5,056 bases of DNA from NCBI GenBank assembly GCA_964468895.1, contig CAYXWT010000003.1:1-5056 (forward strand). Direction: 5' to 3'. The translations under genes were made by a program, and so were the position numbers. The notes under the pieces were generated by a model, which ran no database searches, had not been told where the DNA came from, and saw only the letters and a list, made by a program, of their open reading frames with translations. Numbering within the stretch: the first letter of the stretch is position 1; each line of letters begins with the position of its first letter. Shown here piece after piece: positions 1-5,056 of this stretch. Source of the DNA: an uncultured archaeon. GTDB taxonomy: Archaea; Iainarchaeota; Iainarchaeia; Iainarchaeales; CSSED10-239.

Positions 1-106
1 TTTCTTCAACACTATTTAATAAAATTTTTAAGTTTTTAGGTATAGATCTATCTTCATTTAAAAATTCAATTTCTTGAATTATTTCTTCAATAAGTTCTTT
101 AGACAT
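1..106 (-). CDS. Small UPF0147-like protein, N-terminal 35 codons only (gene runs off the left edge of the window)
   Basis: The reverse complement of 1..106 starts with ATG (106..104) and reads MSKELIEEIIQEIEFLNEDRSIPKNLKILLNSVEE with no stop before the window edge. It is absent from the ORF track because it has no in-window stop. From memory, the pattern I-x2-[IL]-x4-D-x-S-[IV]-P-[KR]-N-[IL]-[KR] resembles the N-terminal region of archaeal UPF0147 proteins (...DTSVPRNIRR...). A GTGAT Shine-Dalgarno-like element lies 5 nt upstream. Confidence 0.45.
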   Translation of the reverse strand, partial: MSKELIEEIIQEIEFLNEDRSIPKNLKILLNSVEE

Positions 107-111
107 ATTTA

Positions 112-116
112 ATCAC
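112..116 (-). promoter_or_regulatory. Possible Shine-Dalgarno element for the UPF0147-like gene
   Basis: The minus strand reads GTGAT-taaat-ATG. This is a partial match to the GGAGGTGATC anti-16S consensus. Confidence 0.35.
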
Positions 117-167
117 ATGTTATCTTTTTTTTAAAAATAAAAAGTTGTTAAAAATTAGATGTAATTT

Positions 168-186
168 TATATATATATAATATATA
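168..186. repeat. (TA)6-A-(TA)3 dinucleotide tract between the GTPase stop and the UPF0147-like start
   Basis: Read directly: tatatatatata-a-tatata. On the minus strand it lies 62-80 nt upstream of the ATG at 106. It could act as a TATA-box region for that gene, or it could be ordinary low-complexity DNA. Confidence 0.5.
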
Positions 187-208
187 AAAGTGTATTTAAT
201 ATTGCTTC

Positions 209-1084
209 TTAATTAAATTCTTTATTTAATATTTCTTTAATAGTAATGTTTTTACAATCAATATTGCTTTTACCAATATTTTCAAAAACATATATCTTTT
301 TTTCAGGGTTATTACTTTTAACTTCTTCGAACATTTCTAATTGTTTTTTATCATCTAATCTTTCATTGTATAGATAAATTACTATGTCTGCTAGACTTTT
401 AATAGCAATAATTGTGTGTTTTTCAATTTTATTCATATTTATATATTCTGTATGTATTAATCCAGGTGTATCTATGACTTGTATTTTTTCAAATTTATTA
501 GTAAAATATCCAAAATTTAAAGATTTAGTTGTAAATTCATATGAATTTATTTCTGGATTTGATAGTGTAATTTTTGTAAGTAAAGTTGTTTTACCTGCAT
601 TTGGTAAACCTATTAAACAAATTGTAAATGCATTTTTATCAGGTTTAGGTATGTTTCTAAAATCTTTAGCTACTTTTAATAATTCTTTATTAGTTCTATC
701 TAATCTTTTTAGCATTGAAGCAATTCTTCCAAGGTATTCTTTTTTAATTGCATTTCTTTCCTGAATTTTACTTTTAATTAATTTTGTTTTAAATCTTTCT
801 GAAAGTAAATTAATAACATGTAAAGTTGAAGAATAATGACTTTTATATTTTTCAATTAGTTTTTCTTCAAGTATATTTCTACACATTAATAGATAATATG
901 GGTTCATAGTTGTATAATCTGGTAATCTTTTATGAGTACTTTCTAATCTTTCTGTAAGCATTAATTGAAATTTAATGACATACTTAAGTATGTTTTTTTT
1001 AAGTAGGAGATTTCTATCCTTTTTAATATTACTAATTAATATTTCTAGTAATTCATCTGATTTTAAAACTTGAGGAAAATTCAT
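209..1084 (-). CDS. NOG1-family P-loop GTPase (archaeal Nog1-like), unusually short (291 aa)
   Basis: The ORF is in the supplied track. The N-terminal ~150 aa look like the NOG1 N-terminal helical domain (LPDYTTMNPYY..., ...EYLGRIASML...). G1/Walker A is GLPNAGKT (aa 159-166, nt 587..610, verified by back-translation). G2 is FTTK (aa 184-187) and G3 is DTPG (aa 205-208). The N-x-IE element after G3 (NKIE, aa 217-220) is typical of NOG1-type GTPases. Confidence 0.8.
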   Translation of the reverse strand: MNFPQVLKSDELLEILISNIKKDRNLLLKKNILKYVIKFQLMLTERLESTHKRLPDYTTMNPYYLLMCRNILEEKLIEKYKSHYSSTLHVINLLSERFKTKLIKSKIQERNAIKKEYLGRIASMLKRLDRTNKELLKVAKDFRNIPKPDKNAFTICLIGLPNAGKTTLLTKITLSNPEINSYEFTTKSLNFGYFTNKFEKIQVIDTPGLIHTEYINMNKIEKHTIIAIKSLADIVIYLYNERLDDKKQLEMFEEVKSNNPEKKIYVFENIGKSNIDCKNITIKEILNKEFN

Positions 1085-1324
1085 ATTTTATCAACTTTAT
1101 TTTTTAATAAGAAAATGATTTTATTAATGTTTTATAAATATTTGTAAAAAAGAAATATTTATAATTAATATCATTTATATACTTTATTATACTATATATA
1201 TTTAATAGTAATATATAATTAAATAGCTTGTTTTTATTATTTAAATTGTATTTGTTAAAAATATAGTATTTACTAATATTTAAAACAAGAGATGTGAAAG
1301 GAAATAATTTAAAATTGAGAATAT
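1085..1324. promoter_or_regulatory. 240-bp divergent intergenic region, presumed to hold the promoters of the GTPase gene (-) and secFD (+)
   Basis: Both flanking genes start here and point away from each other. There are many TATA-like stretches (for example ttaaaaatata around 1254..1264 and tatactatatatattt around 1189..1204). No individual box can be assigned with confidence at this AT content. Confidence 0.4.
1132..1164. repeat. Perfect 12-bp inverted repeat with a 9-nt spacer (ttataaatattt-gtaaaaaag-aaatatttataa)
   Basis: Verified base by base. The arms are 1132..1143 and 1153..1164. Each arm contains the self-complementary octamer AAATATTT. Confidence 0.6.
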
Positions 1325-2404
1325 ATGAAAGGTTTTTTTAATAAAAATTATAAACATTTAATGATAATTCCACTTATTTTAGCAATCATATTTATTTATC
1401 TTGCTTTTTTTAGTCCAAGTATAGAGAAAGGAATTGATTTAAAAGGTGGTAATCAAATAATACTTCATTATAAAGGTCAAAGAGATTATACAGCTATTGA
1501 ACCTATTTTGAAAGAGAAATATAATATCTCTGAATTTCAAATTAATGAAACTAAAAATCCTAGTGAATATGGATTAATAATTCAATTTTCAAATCAAGAA
1601 GCTATTGATTTAGCTAAAGATAATAAATCTAAATTAGATTTTGAAAATATTAATTTAGAAGATCTTAAATTAAAATTAAAAGAAATATTAACACCTTTAA
1701 TAAATTTAGATTTATTACATAGTTCTGATTTAAGTGAAATAGAACTTATTAATAATTCTTCAGATTTAAAAGATTTTACTAATCAAAAAATAAATCTTGC
1801 AAAAAATAATTTTAGTAATGATGTTATGTCTATTATTAAAGAAGAATTAGATTTAGATGAAAATGCAAAATTACAAAGTAGAGAAGTTGCAGCAACTTTA
1901 GGATCTGATTTTGTAAGTAGTTCTATAAAAGTTGGTCTTTGGGCTTTTATTTTATTAATAATAGTAATATTATTATTTTTTAGAGAAATTGTACCTTCAG
2001 CTTTAATAGTTTTTGCAGCTATTTTCGATATACTTGCTGCTTTAGCAGGAATGGCATTGTTTGGATTGTCATTAAGTTTAACAACTATTCCAGCATTATT
2101 AATGCTAATAGGTTACTCAGTAGATACAGATATATTATTAAGTTCTAAGTTACTTAAAAATAAAAGAGGAAGTCCAATTTCTGCAGCTAATAAAACCATT
2201 AAAACAGGAATTACAATGACTTTAACGACATTATGTACCATTTTAGTAATGTTACTTATTTCTTATTATACTCAAATGATTGTTGTTTTTGAAATTGCAA
2301 CAGTTCTAATATGTGGATTAGTAGGAGATTTAATTTCAACTTGGTTTTTTAATGCTCCGGCTTTAATAAGTTATGTTGAAAATAAAAACAAAAAAACAAA
2401 ATAA
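1325..2404 (+). CDS. secF: Protein-export membrane protein SecF (archaeal type)
   Basis: The 359-aa ORF has an N-terminal TM (aa 13-30) followed by GIDLKGG. An extracytoplasmic domain ends in ...REVAATLGSDF, followed by a C-terminal bundle of about five TMs. That bundle carries the SecD/SecF-family motif IGYSVDTDILL (GYSVD at nt 2111..2125) and the T-rich helix TGITMTLTT. It lies immediately upstream of the larger SecD paralogue. The SecF versus SecD label rests on size and the GYSVD motif. The family-level call is stronger than the subunit label. Confidence 0.8.
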   Translation: MKGFFNKNYKHLMIIPLILAIIFIYLAFFSPSIEKGIDLKGGNQIILHYKGQRDYTAIEPILKEKYNISEFQINETKNPSEYGLIIQFSNQEAIDLAKDNKSKLDFENINLEDLKLKLKEILTPLINLDLLHSSDLSEIELINNSSDLKDFTNQKINLAKNNFSNDVMSIIKEELDLDENAKLQSREVAATLGSDFVSSSIKVGLWAFILLIIVILLFFREIVPSALIVFAAIFDILAALAGMALFGLSLSLTTIPALLMLIGYSVDTDILLSSKLLKNKRGSPISAANKTIKTGITMTLTTLCTILVMLLISYYTQMIVVFEIATVLICGLVGDLISTWFFNAPALISYVENKNKKTK

Positions 2405-2426
2405 AAATAAATTTATATTTATAAAT

Positions 2427-2432
2427 AGGTGA
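2427..2432 (+). promoter_or_regulatory. Shine-Dalgarno site for secD
   Basis: AGGTGA sits 6 nt upstream of the ATG at 2439. It is complementary to the conserved 3' end of archaeal/bacterial 16S rRNA (..GAUCACCUCC). Confidence 0.6.
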
Positions 2433-2438
2433 ATTTAA

Positions 2439-4070
2439 ATGAGACAATTAGTTAAAAAACCAATTTTTATAATTTGGATAGTATTAATATTATTATCCTT
2501 ACTTTTACTTGCAACTCAAGGTTTAAAATATGGTGTTGATTTTAGTGGTGGTACTGCTTTTCAAATAGTTCTTGAAGAACCAGTACCTACTGAAGATTTT
2601 GGAAGTGTAACTTCTGTAATATCTAGAAGGTTGGATTGGGCTGGTTTAAAAGATGTAAAAGTAACACCGTCTGGTAATCAGTATGTTGTTGCGCAAATCG
2701 CAGAATCTGATCCTGAAGAAATATCTAAATTAAAATCTTTACTATTAAGACAAGGTAGATTTGAAGCAATTTTAGATGGTAATGTTTTATTTGTTGGTGA
2801 AGATTTAAAAACTATATATAAAGATCCTGCAAGAGGATATGGTGCTACAAAGGTAGACAAAAGTGGAGCTAGTTCTTGGAGACTTCCATTTTTATTATCA
2901 CCTCAATCTGCTCAAAAGTTTGCAGAAATGAGTTTTCACAAATGTGATGCAACAGGTTATGGTTCTGAATTACAATATGAATGTGCAAAAACATATTTTT
3001 TTGTAGATAGACCAGTAAATTCTATAATTATAATGGATAATGATCTTTATTTAGAAGAAGAGAATGTTCCACTTTATCCAGATTTAGAAAGTACAAGTTA
3101 TATTTCTATTGAAGAGTTAATGTCACAAGTTAATACTAACTATTATATTGTAGACAATAATTTAAGTACTAGTGAAATTAATGTTTTTGAAGAAGATTTT
3201 AATACACATAAAAAAGCAATTGTTGCTAGTACTGTTTCAAGTGAAGTTATTGAAAGGTTAGAAAATATAGGTTATAAAGTTGAAATTAAATCCAAACTTG
3301 ATAATGAACCTTGGATATGGAGTGCAACTGGATTAAAATCAGTAATTAGTTTAACAGAAGATGTTACTAATATGAATGCTCCAACTATTGACTCTCCTAA
3401 ATTTGAAACATTTAGTACTTTATCTATTACTGGAAGTAGTATGAGTTTAGAAGATGCAAAATTAAGATTAGAAGATTTAGAAGTGATTTTAGAATCAGGT
3501 TCACTTCCAATACCTATTGAAAGTATAAGTACAGAATCTATATCTCCTTATTTAGGTAGTGAATTTTTAAATAATTCTTTATTAATAGGTTTATTTGCTT
3601 TATTAACTGTTGCAATAGTTTTGTTTATTAGATATAGAATTATTCAATTATCTTTACCAATATTATTAGCAGGAGCCTCTGAAATTTTAATACTTTTAGG
3701 TGTTTTATCTTTAATAGGTTTTAGATTAGATCTTGCAGCTGTTGCTGGAATATTAGCGACTATTGGTACAGGTGTAGATCATGAGATAATTATTACAGAT
3801 GGTATTTTCAAGAAAAAGAAAGGTGCTGGTGAAGAAGATGAAGATATTCATGAAAGTTTAGTTTCAAAAGTTAAAAAATCTTTCTTCATAGTTTTTGCGG
3901 CAGCTTCTACAACTATGGCTACAATGTTACCTATAGTTTTCTTTAATGCTGGTCTTAGTAAATTAGTAGGTTTTGCAATTACTATTATACTTGGTTCTTT
4001 AATAGGTATTATAGTTACTAGACCTGTATATGCAGAATTTGCAAAAAAGATTATTTCTAAAATAAAATAA
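2439..4070 (+). CDS. secD: Protein-export membrane protein SecD (archaeal type)
   Basis: The 543-aa ORF has an N-terminal TM (aa 8-26) followed by GVDFSGGT and a large extracytoplasmic domain of about 350 aa. The C-terminal TM bundle carries IGTGVDHEIIITD (GTGVD at nt 3765..3779), which is the conserved TM4 Asp motif of SecD/SecF-family proteins. AGGTGA lies 6 nt upstream of the ATG, and the gap from secF is only 34 nt, which suggests an operon. Confidence 0.8.
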   Translation: MRQLVKKPIFIIWIVLILLSLLLLATQGLKYGVDFSGGTAFQIVLEEPVPTEDFGSVTSVISRRLDWAGLKDVKVTPSGNQYVVAQIAESDPEEISKLKSLLLRQGRFEAILDGNVLFVGEDLKTIYKDPARGYGATKVDKSGASSWRLPFLLSPQSAQKFAEMSFHKCDATGYGSELQYECAKTYFFVDRPVNSIIIMDNDLYLEEENVPLYPDLESTSYISIEELMSQVNTNYYIVDNNLSTSEINVFEEDFNTHKKAIVASTVSSEVIERLENIGYKVEIKSKLDNEPWIWSATGLKSVISLTEDVTNMNAPTIDSPKFETFSTLSITGSSMSLEDAKLRLEDLEVILESGSLPIPIESISTESISPYLGSEFLNNSLLIGLFALLTVAIVLFIRYRIIQLSLPILLAGASEILILLGVLSLIGFRLDLAAVAGILATIGTGVDHEIIITDGIFKKKKGAGEEDEDIHESLVSKVKKSFFIVFAAASTTMATMLPIVFFNAGLSKLVGFAITIILGSLIGIIVTRPVYAEFAKKIISKIK

Positions 4071-4091
4071 TCTTTTTTATTTCTATTTTTT
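4071..4091 (+). terminator. Oligo-T tracts directly after the secD stop (candidate archaeal intrinsic terminator)
   Basis: tcTTTTTTaTTTcTaTTTTTT begins 1 nt after the TAA at 4068..4070. Archaeal RNA polymerase terminates at T-runs. The last bases overlap the stop codon of the convergent gene. Confidence 0.35.
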
Positions 4092-4542
4092 AAAAACAAA
4101 TATTATTACATTGTTTTCTAATTAGTAATAATATTATTATAAATAAAACAAACCAAGAAACAAAATGTGCTATTTCTGAAAAGAATATACTATAGTTATT
4201 TATAAATAATATTAAAATTAGTCTTAATATATTATAAATTAATAATATTATTATACTTAGAATTAGATCTTTAAATTTGATGTTAATTTTATGTGTTGCT
4301 AGTGCTATAATTATACTTAAATAAGTTATAACACTTATAATTCCACTACAGTATGCTATGAATTCAAACGCTTGATAGTTAAAATAGCTTTTGAATATTG
4401 TTTTAATAAGACTTAATTGCAAATTTATTAAAGGTGTACCTATAAAATCTAAAAACATCAATAATAATAATAAATAAGTAATACAAAATACCATTATAAA
4501 ACTAAACTTCTTTATTTTAATAGTTTTTAATTTAGATTTCAT
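4090..4542 (-). CDS. Minimal exosortase/archaeosortase-family membrane protein (putative transpeptidase), 150 aa, about 4 TM
   Basis: The ORF is in the supplied track. Predicted segments are a K-rich N-terminus, TM1 (aa 13-34), TM2 (aa 59-82), TM3 (aa 93-114) and TM4 (aa 124-141). AYCSGI places Cys65 at nt 4348..4350. YNILRL places Asn104 and Arg107 (Arg107 at nt 4222..4224). IAHFVSW places His126 at nt 4165..4167. The order and spacing match the CSG ... N-x2-R ... H core that I recall for the exosortase/archaeosortase family. This is a motif-by-eye call only. Confidence 0.6.
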   Translation of the reverse strand: MKSKLKTIKIKKFSFIMVFCITYLLLLLMFLDFIGTPLINLQLSLIKTIFKSYFNYQAFEFIAYCSGIISVITYLSIIIALATHKINIKFKDLILSIIILLIYNILRLILILFINNYSIFFSEIAHFVSWFVLFIIILLLIRKQCNNICF

Positions 4543-4563
4543 AAGTAATTATAGTATATTTAT

Positions 4564-4573
4564 TAATATAAAA
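4564..4573 (-). promoter_or_regulatory. TATA-box-like element positioned for a leaderless or near-leaderless archaeosortase-like mRNA
   Basis: The minus strand reads TTTTATATTA, centred about 26-27 nt upstream of the ATG at 4542. No SD element lies between them. Confidence is low because TATA-like strings are everywhere in this DNA. Confidence 0.3.
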
Positions 4574-4637
4574 GTAATTGTTCTACAAATAAAATTTCTT
4601 AAAAAATTAATTTTGTTAATTAATGTCACTTTGGTGT

Positions 4638-4653
4638 AATATTATATAATATT
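4638..4653. repeat. Perfect 16-bp palindrome AATATTATATAATATT with a symmetric TATA-like core
   Basis: All 8 base pairs of the dyad were verified. The flanking bases 4637 and 4654 (t/t) break the symmetry. Confidence 0.6.
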
Positions 4654-4697
4654 TTATAAAAGCATCTATTTTTAATTATTATAAACACATATTTCAT

Positions 4698-5056
4698 ATG
4701 ATTTTTTTAAAAGCGTTATTTAAAAAATACTTTTGGTATATTTATTGTTTAATAATCTTATTATCTTTAATAAGTGTGATTTTTTTAGAAGATATTGCTT
4801 CTAGTTTAAATTTTATTTTTACATCTTATTTATTTGTACCTTTATTTTTTGAAATCATATTTATTTTAGTGATATTACCTTCTTTTTTATTTAAAAAAAA
4901 ATCTCTGTTAAATTTAATTATATTTGTTATTTCTTGTATTTTATTTTTAATAAACATTTTTTTAATAATAAATTCAATACTAATATTACCTCTAGCTTTA
5001 ATAAATTCTATAATTTTAATACTGTATTTTAATTACCTTTATTTTCGAAAAGAACA
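4698..5056 (+). CDS. Uncharacterised polytopic membrane protein, N-terminal 119 codons (gene runs off the right edge)
   Basis: ATG at 4698 is the first in-frame ATG after the in-frame stop TAA at 4647..4649. The frame stays open to the window end and reads MIFLKALFKKYFWYIYCLIILLSLISVIFLEDIASSLNFIFTSYLFVPLFFEIIFILVILPSFLFKKKSLLNLIIFVISCILFLINIFLIINSILILPLALINSIILILYFNYLYFRKE.... There are about four hydrophobic segments separated by short charged loops (KK, ED, KKK). It is not in the ORF track because it has no in-window stop. In DNA this AT-rich, a 119-codon stop-free frame is unlikely by chance. Confidence 0.55.
   Translation, partial: MIFLKALFKKYFWYIYCLIILLSLISVIFLEDIASSLNFIFTSYLFVPLFFEIIFILVILPSFLFKKKSLLNLIIFVISCILFLINIFLIINSILILPLALINSIILILYFNYLYFRKE

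Larger units (their letters stand above)
4543..4697. promoter_or_regulatory. 155-bp divergent intergenic region between the archaeosortase-like gene (-) and the partial membrane-protein gene (+)
   Basis: Both genes start at its borders and point outward, and neither start has an obvious SD element. Confidence 0.4.

Noticed and set aside
384-764. 126-aa ORF on the + strand, fully nested antisense within the GTPase gene
   Set aside because: This looks like a shadow ORF. It lies entirely opposite a gene with clear P-loop GTPase motifs. Its product is a featureless F/I/L/S-rich string typical of antisense frames in AT-rich coding DNA, and it has no SD or promoter context.
1115-1147. Tiny intergenic ORFs, for example ATG at 1115 encoding MILLMFYKYL and ATG at 4622 encoding MSLWCNII
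   Set aside because: They are 8-10 codons long with no SD element or conservation evidence, and are indistinguishable from chance.
2189-2230. Possible loss of the conserved proton-relay arginine in SecF. By-eye alignment of TIKTGITMTLTT with the E. coli segment TLHRTLITSGTT puts Thr at the Arg position.
   Set aside because: A one-residue shift places Lys293 at that position, and my alignment is from memory and by eye. I also cannot recall whether archaeal SecF proteins conserve Arg here. This needs a real profile alignment before any claim.
2678-2860. 60-aa ORF on the - strand inside secD
   Set aside because: It is short, antisense to the conserved N-terminal part of the SecD outer domain, and has no recognisable motif or start context. 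It is most likely a chance open frame.
3848-4099. 83-aa ORF on the - strand overlapping the secD 3' end and the archaeosortase-like gene 3' end
   Set aside because: It is antisense to the conserved C-terminal TM bundle of SecD and overlaps two better-supported genes. Its hydrophobic product simply mirrors the hydrophobic sense frame. I treat it as a shadow ORF.
4893-4901. A9 homopolymer inside the partial membrane-protein CDS (encodes KKK). A similar T8 run lies at 993..1000 in the GTPase gene.
   Set aside because: Such runs could permit slipped-strand phase variation. However, Lys-codon A-runs are expected at this AT content, and both frames are intact. There is no evidence of variation from a single sequence.
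4090-5056. A sharply lower G+C than in secD (4/60 at 4201-4260 versus 23/60 at 2581-2640), which could suggest a foreign island
   Set aside because: The difference is explained by amino-acid composition: I/L/F/K/N-rich, weakly constrained membrane proteins versus a conserved soluble domain. There are no integrase, tRNA, direct-repeat or other mobility signatures at the boundary.
1-5056. Search for CRISPR repeats, tRNA/rRNA-like G+C-rich structured segments, transposase or integrase genes and defence-type enzymes (nucleases, helicases, methyltransferases)
   Set aside because: I found none. No spaced direct repeats, no G+C-rich stem-forming segments and no ORFs with such motifs. All long ORFs are accounted for by the six genes listed.

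Overview
This is an extremely AT-rich window: hand counts per 60 nt give 4 G/C at 4201-4260 and 23 G/C at 2581-2640. The gene content points to an archaeal chromosome. I can support six protein-coding genes. Two are cut by the window edges and are therefore missing from the supplied ORF track. (1) 1..106 (-) is the N-terminus of a small UPF0147-like protein. (2) 209..1084 (-) is a short NOG1-family P-loop GTPase. (3) 1325..2404 (+) is SecF. (4) 2439..4070 (+) is SecD, probably co-transcribed with SecF and preceded by an AGGTGA ribosome-binding site. (5) 4090..4542 (-) is a 150-aa four-TM protein whose AYCSG / N-x2-R / H spacing matches the exosortase/archaeosortase catalytic core. (6) 4698..5056 (+) is the N-terminal 119 aa of an uncharacterised polytopic membrane protein, transcribed divergently from (5). 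I see no rRNA, tRNA, CRISPR array, transposase, integrase or recognisable defence gene. Most of the window is housekeeping (protein export, ribosome-biogenesis-type GTPase). I do not see a convincing new multi-gene system. The best lead is the minimal archaeosortase-like protein and its divergent membrane-protein neighbour, which sit tail-to-tail with secD. Secondary observations are a NOG1-like GTPase with no NKxD/G5 elements, an expanded repeat-containing SecF outer domain, and two perfect palindromic elements in the two divergent intergenic regions. All homology statements come from motif recognition by eye and need HMM or BLAST confirmation.
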